Virus record (IMG/VR): IMGVR_UViG_3300020172_001416
Span: 34,788-98,787 of that record
Reading direction: 5' to 3' (one strand)
DNA: 64,000 bases
Source of the DNA: a virus
Below are positions 29,184 to 37,788 of the stretch, piece after piece. Position numbers and translations under genes: made by a program. The notes under the pieces were generated by a model. That model was not told the origin of the DNA. It was given only the letters and a program-made list of their open reading frames with translations, and searched no databases. Numbering within the stretch: the first letter of the stretch is position 1; every line of letters starts with the position of its first letter.

Positions 29184-29202
29184 CCTCATAGGAGAATAAC
29201 CA

Positions 29203-30774
29203 ATGTCCGACGTAATGAACCTTATCAGTGAAGCCGGTTCAGCACACAAGGTAATCACTGAAGAATCCCGCAAGTTAGCGGGCAAGTGGGAAAAGTCAGG
29301 CCTTCTCGAAGGCTTGAAGGGCGCAGACCGCCAAGGGATGGCAGTAATGCTTGAAAACCAAGCATCACAACTCCTCTCAGAAAACTCATACACCAACTCA
29401 GCAGGCACCTCAGGTGAACAATGGGCAGGTGTCGCACTTCCATTAGTCCGTAAGGTCTTCGGAAGTATCGCAAGTAAGAACTTCGTATCAGTCCAACCAA
29501 TGAACCTTCCTTCAGGACTTGTGTTCTACATGGACTTCAAGTACGGCAACTCAGTAAACGGAAAGGTCGCTGGTCAATCACTCTACGGTAGTGGTTCAAG
29601 TAACCTCTTCACCTCATTCGGTAACCAAGATGCAGGTGGCCTCTACGACGCAGGTGCTTTCGGTTACTCACTCAATGACGTAAGTACAACCATCGTAGCA
29701 GTTGCATCTGCATCAGTAAGTTGGGCAGACGTTAACTACAACAACTTGTACAACACCGCATCATTGACCAAGTACGTAGTACCAGCAGCATCAGCATCAG
29801 CTGGTGACTTCTTAGCAGTACGTGCCTTCTCAATCACCGGTTCAGGAATTGACTTCGCAACTCGAGTTCTCCCAGAATTCACCAAGTACGACGGAACCAA
29901 CATCACCTTCGTTGTTGGAACCACCACCGCAGGTTCAGCAACCACCCTCAAGTACGTCAAGCAACCAACCGACACCACCCGTGGTGACTTTGAAGATCGT
30001 GATGGTTCAAGTGACTTAGTAATCCCACAAATCGACTTAGAACTTAAGTCAGAAACAATCGTTGCTAAGACACGTAAGTTAAAGGCAGTCTGGTCACCAG
30101 AACTTGCACAAGACTTGAACGCTTACCACAGTGTTGATGCAGAAGCTGAATTAACAGCAATGTTAAGTGACTACATCTCAACTGAAATCGACCTCGAAAT
30201 CGTTGATATGTTAATCCAAGCAGCTCCAACTCAAACCACTGAATTCTGGTCAGCAGACATTGGTAAGGTATGGAATGGTTCAGCATTCGCAGCTTCCTCA
30301 TTCACTGGAACTGCATGGACCAACATGACCTGGTTCCAAACACTCGGTCAAAAGATGCAAAAGGTCAGTAACAAGATTCACCAACTCACCATGCGTGGTG
30401 GTGCAAACTTTGCAGTATGTTCACCAACCGTCGCAACAATCCTTGAAACCATCCCAGGCTTTATGGCTGGAACCGATGGTGACAAGATGGAATTCGCAAG
30501 TGGCGTAAGTAAGGTTGGTTCATTCCAAAACCGCTTCACCATCTACAAGAACCCATACATGAAGGAAAATGTATTGTTAATGGGCTTCCGTGGAAGTAAC
30601 TTCCTTGAAACTGGTGCAGTCTACGCTCCATACATCCCACTCGTATTAACACCATTGGTCTATGACCCAAATAACTTCACCCCACGCCGTGGTGTGATGA
30701 CCCGTTATGCGAAGAAGGTTGTACGTCCAGAATTCTTCGGTAAGATTTACATCGACGGATTAAGCTTAATCTAA
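29203..30774 (+). CDS. gp23: Major capsid protein (T4 gp23-like)
   Basis: VSVQPMNLPSGLVFY, AKTRKLKAVWSPELAQDLNAYH, YAPYIPL and FTPRRGVMTRYA motifs; strongly biased codon usage. Confidence 0.96.
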   Translation: MSDVMNLISEAGSAHKVITEESRKLAGKWEKSGLLEGLKGADRQGMAVMLENQASQLLSENSYTNSAGTSGEQWAGVALPLVRKVFGSIASKNFVSVQPMNLPSGLVFYMDFKYGNSVNGKVAGQSLYGSGSSNLFTSFGNQDAGGLYDAGAFGYSLNDVSTTIVAVASASVSWADVNYNNLYNTASLTKYVVPAASASAGDFLAVRAFSITGSGIDFATRVLPEFTKYDGTNITFVVGTTTAGSATTLKYVKQPTDTTRGDFEDRDGSSDLVIPQIDLELKSETIVAKTRKLKAVWSPELAQDLNAYHSVDAEAELTAMLSDYISTEIDLEIVDMLIQAAPTQTTEFWSADIGKVWNGSAFAASSFTGTAWTNMTWFQTLGQKMQKVSNKIHQLTMRGGANFAVCSPTVATILETIPGFMAGTDGDKMEFASGVSKVGSFQNRFTIYKNPYMKENVLLMGFRGSNFLETGAVYAPYIPLVLTPLVYDPNNFTPRRGVMTRYAKKVVRPEFFGKIYIDGLSLI

Positions 30775-30799
30775 TCTTAGATTAACGGGATAATAAATT

Positions 30800-30824
30800 G
30801 GGTGGCCGAAAGGTCACCCTTTTT
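30800..30824 (+). terminator. Intrinsic terminator after the major capsid gene
   Basis: GGGTGGCC-GAAA-GGTCACCC followed by TTTTT. Confidence 0.9.
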
Positions 30825-30866
30825 ATTTTCTGTGCCTCAAAAATACAACTTAATGATTAAATAAAA

Positions 30867-30875
30867 CTATTTATT
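30867..30875 (+). promoter_or_regulatory. Putative late promoter motif CTATTTATT
   Basis: Recurring motif downstream of a terminator, where a new promoter is needed; about 25 nt upstream of the ATG. Confidence 0.55.
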
Positions 30876-30899
30876 ACTAGTCCCTATTTAGAGAGAATT

Positions 30900-32054
30900 A
30901 TGGAAACACAAGAACCAATTTTTTACGATGGTGTTCCTAGAAGTCCAGTGGGTATTACTCCATTTGGATTCTTTGATAGTGATTCCCAATTTCAAACAGA
31001 TGCCCCAAGAGCAGCCGAATTCGTTGCTAGAAAGTTAGGATATCCTGTTGTAGAAGTGGAACTACTTGACAAGCAAATTTATGCTTGTTTTGAAGAAGCT
31101 ATTACGACTTATGGAAATCAAGTCAATCAATTTAATGCGCGTGAATATATGATGACGTTGCAAGGCGCAACGACAGCTACTAGCGCAACTCAACGAAATA
31201 TTATTGGGTCACCAATTCCTCAATTAATCAATATTGCAAATGACTACGGCGTTGAAGCACAGTCCGGCGGAAATGTTGAAGTAAAGCGTGGGTGGATTTC
31301 TGCATCTATTTCAACTCAATCATACGACTTAAAATCACTGTGGGCAGACCCATATGAAAGTGGCTCAGCGATTGAAATTCGTCGGGTTTATCACTACATG
31401 CCTTCAGCCGTCGCACGTTACTATGACCCATTTGCAACTACTGGTCTTGGATTGACTAATTTGATGGCAGAATTCGGATTTGACGGATACTCACCGCCAG
31501 TCACATTCGTGATGATGCCTGCATATGAAGATTTACTTCGTATTCAAGCAATTGAAATTAATGACATGATTCGTAAGAGTCAATATGGATTTGAAATTTC
31601 AAATAATATTATTAAGTTCTCACCGATATTTAAGCGCGATTCAATTGTCTACTTTGATTATATTGTAAAAAGTGATAAGAAAGCAAATCTATTACAATCT
31701 GGAAGTAACATTGCTAGTGACCTTTCAAATGTTCCATATACTCACATATCGTATACCAAAACAAATGATATGTCTCGTACGTGGATATTTAAGTATACAC
31801 TGGCGTTAGCAAAAGAACTCCTTGGTATCATTCGTTCCAAGTTTGAAAATATCCCATACCCAGATGGACAAATTCGTTTAGACGGGGAAATTCTTCGCAG
31901 AGAAGCAGTGGCAGAAAAGGAAGCATTGATTAAAGAACTTAGAGAAACCCTTGAAGAAACTGGGCTCCAAGCTCAAATGAAAAAGCAAGCTGAAAATTCT
32001 AAGGCAATGCAAGAAACATTCCGTAATGTTCCAACTCTTATTTACATAGGTTAA
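30900..32054 (+). CDS. Neck/head completion protein (gp13-like)
   Basis: RKLGYPVVEVEL and WIFKYTLALAKELLG..RSKF..IP.P.G...LDG motifs; follows the capsid gene. Confidence 0.7.
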   Translation: METQEPIFYDGVPRSPVGITPFGFFDSDSQFQTDAPRAAEFVARKLGYPVVEVELLDKQIYACFEEAITTYGNQVNQFNAREYMMTLQGATTATSATQRNIIGSPIPQLINIANDYGVEAQSGGNVEVKRGWISASISTQSYDLKSLWADPYESGSAIEIRRVYHYMPSAVARYYDPFATTGLGLTNLMAEFGFDGYSPPVTFVMMPAYEDLLRIQAIEINDMIRKSQYGFEISNNIIKFSPIFKRDSIVYFDYIVKSDKKANLLQSGSNIASDLSNVPYTHISYTKTNDMSRTWIFKYTLALAKELLGIIRSKFENIPYPDGQIRLDGEILRREAVAEKEALIKELRETLEETGLQAQMKKQAENSKAMQETFRNVPTLIYIG

Positions 32055-32057
32055 TAA

Positions 32058-32516
32058 ATGGCACGCTTCGTTACACAACGTGACTTTGAATTTATTCAAC
32101 ACATTACTCGGGAATTAATTGACGAGACAATGGATGTTGCCGTTATTTTATATAAGATTGTCGTGGCGTCTGCTAGAGTAAACATTTACGGAGAAAGTTC
32201 AGCTAAGCCACGATATACTCCCGTTAAAGTAAATGCGATTGTCAAATATGATAAGAACATAGTTAACAATGATGATGGCTTTGGAATAAACCAACGACAA
32301 CAAGTTGAGTTCAGATTCGCTCGTCGTATGCTACAAGAGGTAAGTACATATCCAGAAATTGGCGATGTCATCGGATATAATAATCATTATTATGAAGTCA
32401 ATAACATTACAGAAACTCAATTAATTGCAGGAAAGCCTGGTTTTAATACCGCAGTTATTTGTATCGCTCACCTCACTCGTCGTACAAGTATTGACATTGA
32501 AGAGGCTCAAGTATGA
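32058..32516 (+). CDS. Neck protein (gp14-like head-tail connector)
   Basis: NIYGE and YPEIGDVI...YYEV motifs; synteny. Confidence 0.55.
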   Translation: MARFVTQRDFEFIQHITRELIDETMDVAVILYKIVVASARVNIYGESSAKPRYTPVKVNAIVKYDKNIVNNDDGFGINQRQQVEFRFARRMLQEVSTYPEIGDVIGYNNHYYEVNNITETQLIAGKPGFNTAVICIAHLTRRTSIDIEEAQV

Positions 32517-33292
32517 CAGATGAAACTAAGATTGTAAACGACAATCAACAATCACCACGGCTACAAAATCGAGCAGACGATACGCAAACTACTGCTCCAC
32601 CAATATCAGTTACCTTATATACGATAGATAATGCTATTCTAAAGTATATGTCTGAACGTATTAAGCCGATAGTGACCCAACAAAATGTTCAAGTACGTGT
32701 GCCGATAATTTATGGCAGTCCTGAACGTTGGAAGTCTGCACAAAAAGACGGAGTATTACGTGATTCTATTGGAAAGATTCAACTTCCAATCATCATGCTT
32801 CGCCGCACGGCGATGAATAAACAAACAGAAATCAACTCTGCGGTCAACAAATACTATGACCGTACATTTTATACTGGTTGGAATCGTAGAACACCATATG
32901 ACCAGTTTAGTGTAGCAAATAAAATAGTTCCAAGCCGGGAATATTATAATACGACAGCAGCCCCAGATTATTATCAAATAACATATCGCTGTATGGTATG
33001 GACCGAATATATGGAACAAATGAATTCTATCGTAGAAAATATCTCATTCGAAAGTGATGAATTCTGGGGAGAACCAAATCAGTATAAATTCCGTACTATT
33101 ATTAAGTCGTTTGAGCCAGTCACAGAATTGCCTAACGATGCGGATAGAGTAGTCAGAACACAATTCGATATGACCGTATACGCATATCTCCTTCCAGAAA
33201 CACAACTTAATGCTGGATTAAACAGAGGATTATTGACTAAGAAGCGATACGGGGTCAAAAAAGTGGTCACTTTTAGTGAAATAGAAGGATAA
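32513..33292 (+). CDS. Tail completion/sheath terminator (gp15-like)
   Basis: VRVPIIYGSPERW, QLPII and EQMNSIVE motifs; upstream of the sheath gene. Confidence 0.6.
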   Translation: MTDETKIVNDNQQSPRLQNRADDTQTTAPPISVTLYTIDNAILKYMSERIKPIVTQQNVQVRVPIIYGSPERWKSAQKDGVLRDSIGKIQLPIIMLRRTAMNKQTEINSAVNKYYDRTFYTGWNRRTPYDQFSVANKIVPSREYYNTTAAPDYYQITYRCMVWTEYMEQMNSIVENISFESDEFWGEPNQYKFRTIIKSFEPVTELPNDADRVVRTQFDMTVYAYLLPETQLNAGLNRGLLTKKRYGVKKVVTFSEIEG

Positions 33293-33318
33293 TAATTGAT
33301 GTTTAGGTAAAAAAACAG

Positions 33319-33327
33319 ATATTTATA
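33319..33327 (+). promoter_or_regulatory. Putative late promoter motif ATATTTATA
   Basis: Recurring motif upstream of the sheath operon. Confidence 0.55.
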
Positions 33328-33359
33328 ATACGAGTTGTATTATACTCCAAGAGGTTATT

Positions 33360-33626
33360 ATGGCGGAAATTACCAAGGAAGAATTGGAAGAAATTAGTGT
33401 TTTGCGTAACAAACTCGCATCGGTAGTCTCTGACGCCGGACAGCTAACATTACAGATTCAGCTGCTCCAATCAGATATCGCAGAACTGAATGACAAGCTT
33501 GGTGAACAAACCAAACTATTTAAAAGTCTACTCGAAGAAGAACAAACATTAATTAAACGGTTATCAGACAAGTATGGTGCTGGGTCGATTAATTTTGAAA
33601 CCGGCGAATTTACATCAGAGAAATAA
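33360..33626 (+). CDS. Small coiled-coil protein
   Basis: 88 aa with heptad pattern, ends KYGAGSINFETGEF; SD GAGGT. Confidence 0.6.
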   Translation: MAEITKEELEEISVLRNKLASVVSDAGQLTLQIQLLQSDIAELNDKLGEQTKLFKSLLEEEQTLIKRLSDKYGAGSINFETGEFTSEK

Positions 33627-33650
33627 CAAATTTAGTTTGGAGAATACCGT

Positions 33651-35957
33651 ATGGCAGAAAGAATCGTGTCGCCTGGTGTCTTTACACAAGAACGCGACCA
33701 AACATTCCTCGCACAAGGAGTAGCTGAAATTGGTGCGGCATTTGTTGGTCCAACCACAAAAGGACCAGCATTTATCCCGACCACAGTGCAAGGCATCGAC
33801 GGGTTCGTAACTAACTTCGGTGAACCTGACGGCACTTCTTATATGGGATATACCGTTAAGAACTACTTGCAAGAAGCAGGTAGTGCTACAGTTGTTCGTG
33901 TTCTTGGACTAGGTGGATATCTTACCACCGCATCAACAATCTACGCTACCGGTTCATCGGGTAGTAAGATTTTTGCAGTGCTTCATCCAACCGTATCAGG
34001 AAGTACGATTACAAGTGCAACCGCTACTGGTGGTGCAACGAGTTTCAATTTACTCGTCAGTAGTTCTGGTAATAAGAATGTTTCAGCAAGTGCACTAAGT
34101 TCTACTGAAACTAGTACATCATTCATTAGTTCATATTTTGGAACTAACCCACAAAATGGTGACTCAACCCTTCCAGGGTATGTATACGCAGTGTTCCCAG
34201 ACGCAATTGCTCAAGCTGGTGCAAACGTTACAATGACTGCAACCACTTCGACCTTGAGTCTTCTTACTCAATATAATAACGCAACTACCCCATGGATTCG
34301 TTCACAAACCATCGGTAGTTCAAAGTATAATCTCTTTAAGGTTCATACTTTAAGTGACGGTACTGGTGCAAACAAGGAAGTAAAGATTTCTATCACTGGT
34401 ATCTCACCAAGTATCGACCCAGATAGTGACTTTGGTTCATTCTCACTTCTTGTACGTGATTTTAATGACACCGATAAGTCACCAAACGTACTTGAAAGTT
34501 TCAACAACTTAAATCTTGACCCAACCAGTCCAAATTATATCGCACGTGTAATTGGAAACAGTGTTCCAACTTACAATTCAACAACACTTGAAACAAATTA
34601 CGAAGGTGACTTTGTAAATAATTCAAAGTATATTCGTATCGAAATGAGTGCAGACGTAATTCCAGATAATTCAGTTCCATATGGATTTGCTCAACTAAAT
34701 TCAACTGTATCTGGTTCTTCTGGAGAATTTGCAACGGGGTCATTCGTCAACAGTCGTTGGACCAGTGGAAGTACTCCTGGGTATGTAGCATCTAACGCTG
34801 TTGGTCCAAACACCAATTACTACGGATTTGATTTCTCAAACACCACTAGTCTTTCATATCTTGGACCACTCGTAGGAAATAACGTTGTTGGATCTGAATT
34901 CAATATCGAAAACCTAGCAAGTAATGAAGTTGGTGGTTCGGCAATTTCTCTTACCAACCGTGACCACGTAACATATCGTCGCTTCTCTGTTCCATTTCAA
35001 GGTGGATTTGATGGATTCAAGCCAAACCGCTACATCGCATTGGGTGGGTCAATCACCGCAACAAATAGTCAAGGATTCAACCTTTCAAACGCAGCAGCAT
35101 CTGGTTCAGTTGAATTTAAGAGAGCACTAAATCAATTAAGTAATCCAGATAGAGTAGATTTCAATCTCTTAGCAATTCCAGGAGCAATTTACTCACAACA
35201 CAGTTATGTAGTACAAACTGGCATTGACCTTTGTGAATCCCGCGGTGATTGCTTCTACATCGCTGACCTTGATACACTTGATGCAACACTTTCATCAGTT
35301 ACTACTCAAGCTGAACTCCTTGACACAAATTATGCAGCAGCATACTATCCTTGGGTTCGTGTACTAGACGATATCACTGGTAAGTTTATCTGGGCTCCAC
35401 CATCTGTGGTTCTCCCAGAAGTATACGCATACTCTGACCAACAAGGCGCAGAATGGTTCGCACCAGCAGGATTGAATCGTGGTGGTATCCCAGGCGCAGT
35501 TGGTGTCAAGACTCGTTTGAACCAAGCACAACGTGATGAATTATACGAATCAAAGGTCAATCCAATCGCACAGTTCCCAGGACAAGGTATCTGTGTTTGG
35601 GGTCAAAAGACATTACAACGTAGAGCATCAGCACTTGACCGCGTAAACGTTCGTCGCTTACTTATCACTGTCAAGAAGTATATCGCAAGTTCAGCACGTT
35701 ACTTGGTATTCGAACAAAATACCGAAGCAACACGTACTCGCTTCTTGAACATCGTCAACCCATACCTCGCAGGTATCCAACAACGTTCTGGGTTGACCGC
35801 ATTCCGTGTGGTAATGGATGAAACCAATAATACACCAGACATCATTGACCGCAACATCTTGGCTGGTGCAATCTATCTCCAACCAACCCGTACCGCAGAA
35901 TTCATCAAGTTGGACTTCAACATTCTCCCAACTGGTGCAACCTTCGATACCATCTAA
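33651..35957 (+). CDS. gp18: Tail sheath protein (gp18-like)
   Basis: SPGVFTQE, FVGPTTKGP, YYPWV, WFAPAGLNRG, WGQKTL, RVNVRRL, FEQN and LQPTRTAEFI motifs. Confidence 0.95.
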   Translation: MAERIVSPGVFTQERDQTFLAQGVAEIGAAFVGPTTKGPAFIPTTVQGIDGFVTNFGEPDGTSYMGYTVKNYLQEAGSATVVRVLGLGGYLTTASTIYATGSSGSKIFAVLHPTVSGSTITSATATGGATSFNLLVSSSGNKNVSASALSSTETSTSFISSYFGTNPQNGDSTLPGYVYAVFPDAIAQAGANVTMTATTSTLSLLTQYNNATTPWIRSQTIGSSKYNLFKVHTLSDGTGANKEVKISITGISPSIDPDSDFGSFSLLVRDFNDTDKSPNVLESFNNLNLDPTSPNYIARVIGNSVPTYNSTTLETNYEGDFVNNSKYIRIEMSADVIPDNSVPYGFAQLNSTVSGSSGEFATGSFVNSRWTSGSTPGYVASNAVGPNTNYYGFDFSNTTSLSYLGPLVGNNVVGSEFNIENLASNEVGGSAISLTNRDHVTYRRFSVPFQGGFDGFKPNRYIALGGSITATNSQGFNLSNAAASGSVEFKRALNQLSNPDRVDFNLLAIPGAIYSQHSYVVQTGIDLCESRGDCFYIADLDTLDATLSSVTTQAELLDTNYAAAYYPWVRVLDDITGKFIWAPPSVVLPEVYAYSDQQGAEWFAPAGLNRGGIPGAVGVKTRLNQAQRDELYESKVNPIAQFPGQGICVWGQKTLQRRASALDRVNVRRLLITVKKYIASSARYLVFEQNTEATRTRFLNIVNPYLAGIQQRSGLTAFRVVMDETNNTPDIIDRNILAGAIYLQPTRTAEFIKLDFNILPTGATFDTI

Positions 35958-35976
35958 TCAGTTTTTTCAATAACAA

Positions 35977-35985
35977 CTATTTATT
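35977..35985 (+). promoter_or_regulatory. Putative late promoter motif CTATTTATT
   Basis: Recurring motif between the sheath and tube genes. Confidence 0.5.
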
Positions 35986-36014
35986 AAAGTACCAATCTAT
36001 ATTTGGAGAGCCAT

Positions 36015-36503
36015 ATGGCAAATTTGGTCAATGAACAAGAACTATTTTTTACCGCATTCGAACCAAAGACTGCGAATCGGTATATAATGTTGTTAGATGG
36101 TGTTCCTTCTTATCTCATCAAGAAGGCAGACCGTCCAAAGTTAACCCAAGAAAAGAAGAAGCTTGACCACATCAATCTTCAACGCTATGTCAAGGGTAAG
36201 ACGATTTGGGAAGAAATGAACCTTGAATTATATGACCCAATCGTTCCATCAGGCGCACAAGCAGTAATGGAATGGGTTCGTCTCCACCACGAATCAGTTA
36301 CCGGTCGTGACGGATATGCAGAATTTTATAAGAAGGACATTATCATCAACGTACTTGGACCAGTCGGTGATAAGGTTGAAGAATGGATTCTCAAGGGATG
36401 CCAAATTACTAAGATTGAATTCGGTGAAATGACTTGGGAAAAGGATGACCCAATGGTAATCTCACTCAGTATCCAACCAGATTACTGCATCCTTAACTAC
36501 TAA
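36015..36503 (+). CDS. gp19: Tail tube protein (gp19-like)
   Basis: Start reassigned to ATG 36015 after GGAG. Directly follows the sheath gene; FEPK..NRY, YKKD and EEWILKGC motifs. Confidence 0.85.
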   Translation: MANLVNEQELFFTAFEPKTANRYIMLLDGVPSYLIKKADRPKLTQEKKKLDHINLQRYVKGKTIWEEMNLELYDPIVPSGAQAVMEWVRLHHESVTGRDGYAEFYKKDIIINVLGPVGDKVEEWILKGCQITKIEFGEMTWEKDDPMVISLSIQPDYCILNY

Positions 36504-36524
36504 TACTAGTTCGTCACAGGACAC

Positions 36525-36553
36525 AAAACCCCACTCAAAAGGTGGGGTTTTTT
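36525..36553 (+). terminator. Intrinsic terminator after the tail tube gene
   Basis: AAAACCCCAC-loop-GTGGGGTTTTTT; potentially bidirectional. Confidence 0.85.
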
Positions 36554-36584
36554 GTTGGAAATTACTGTATACCAAGAATTTATG

Positions 36585-36593
36585 ATACTTATA
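36585..36593 (+). promoter_or_regulatory. Putative late promoter motif ATACTTATA
   Basis: Recurring motif directly after a terminator, about 28 nt upstream of the ATG. Confidence 0.55.
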
Positions 36594-36620
36594 TAAAGGT
36601 GTATTTTTTCGAGGAAGATT

Positions 36621-36959
36621 ATGGCAGACATTACTGAATTTAATATCGGTCAAGGTGAAACTTTCAAAGTATTGGCTAGCGTGGAAAACGTAGACCAAGG
36701 CGGGTATTTGGATATTACAAATTATAGTTTTGCTGGCCAAGTTAGAGAAAATTATAATACTGATGAAATTGCCGCTTCATTTACTATCACCAAACTGGCC
36801 CCTAACGCTTCGGGAAGTTTTTTCCTAGAACTTACTCCAGCTCAAACAAGTACATTTACACAACGTAAATACGTATACGATGTTAATATGACTAGTGGTT
36901 CAATCACCAGACGTATTCTTGAAGGATATTTTGTAGTACGCCCAGCATCGACGAGATAA
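36621..36959 (+). CDS. Small tail/baseplate Ig-like protein
   Basis: IGQGETF...YVYDV...RILEG.F.V.P pattern, typical of fibre-associated adaptor proteins. Confidence 0.55.
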   Translation: MADITEFNIGQGETFKVLASVENVDQGGYLDITNYSFAGQVRENYNTDEIAASFTITKLAPNASGSFFLELTPAQTSTFTQRKYVYDVNMTSGSITRRILEGYFVVRPASTR

Positions 36960-36962
36960 TAA

Positions 36963-37742
36963 ATGAGTGATTTCAGTACCGGTATACCAAATATACGGGT
37001 TGTGATTCGGGAGAACACGGACGATAATTTAGCTCTAGATGTACCAAGTATATCCGTTAATATTCAAAAGAACACCGATTATAATGTAAATATTGTCCCT
37101 ACTGCGGTCACGCCTATCAGAACAGGGTCGTGGAATCGCATTGCTGATGTAGCGCTTACCGCAATATCATCCTCGTATGCATTAACTGCGTCATACGCCT
37201 TGAATGCTGGAGCTGGCTCTGGCTCTGGATTTCCATTTAGTGGGTCCGCTGTTATTACAGGATCATTACTAGTTTCTCAAAGTGGAGTTACGGTAACAGG
37301 TTCATTACAAGTTGATGGTCCAGTCACAGCAACATCGGTTACAAGTTCATTATATGGATCGGTTCAATCTAGTCAATTAGAAATAAATGCTGGACAATTT
37401 ACTGTATTATTTACTGGGTCAATTAACACGGGTATATTTGGAGTATCAGAATATATTTACCCGTATATCTCTACGACTCGATATTCTGGGATGGTAGTAG
37501 AGTATCTTGCTCAACGTACAGGCGCATGTCGGATGGGGATTATTATGGCAGCGTGGTTAAATACTGCGAGTGTAATCTTTACTGACGTATCTACTACCGA
37601 TATTGGCGATACAAGTGATATTTCCTTTAAGTTTTTAAGTAGTTCAAACGAACTACGGTTACGGGTTAGCAGTGAAGGATCAGGAAGCGGAGCATGGACT
37701 GTACAAAGTCTATTTAAATTGTTTCCTAATGTGAATCCTTAA
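36963..37742 (+). CDS. Tail fibre-associated protein
   Basis: Shares the [14 protein letters not shown] module with 39663..43217 and its C-terminal domain with 37789..39630. Confidence 0.55.
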   Translation: MSDFSTGIPNIRVVIRENTDDNLALDVPSISVNIQKNTDYNVNIVPTAVTPIRTGSWNRIADVALTAISSSYALTASYALNAGAGSGSGFPFSGSAVITGSLLVSQSGVTVTGSLQVDGPVTATSVTSSLYGSVQSSQLEINAGQFTVLFTGSINTGIFGVSEYIYPYISTTRYSGMVVEYLAQRTGACRMGIIMAAWLNTASVIFTDVSTTDIGDTSDISFKFLSSSNELRLRVSSEGSGSGAWTVQSLFKLFPNVNP

Positions 37743-37753
37743 AAAAGTATTTA

Positions 37754-37762
37754 ATATTTATA
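37754..37762 (+). promoter_or_regulatory. Putative late promoter motif ATATTTATA
   Basis: Recurring motif about 27 nt upstream of a fibre gene. Confidence 0.5.
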
Positions 37763-37788
37763 TACGATAACCCCGTTGGGAGAAATGT

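Noticed and set aside
28037-29978. Minus-strand ORFs opposite the scaffold and capsid genes
   Set aside because: They are antisense shadows of biased codon usage (for example poly-Ser from GAA runs).
30766-30785. 9-bp inverted repeat TTAATCTAA-TC-TTAGATTAA over the capsid stop codon
   Set aside because: AT-rich with a 2-nt spacer and no second copy seen; the real terminator lies just downstream.
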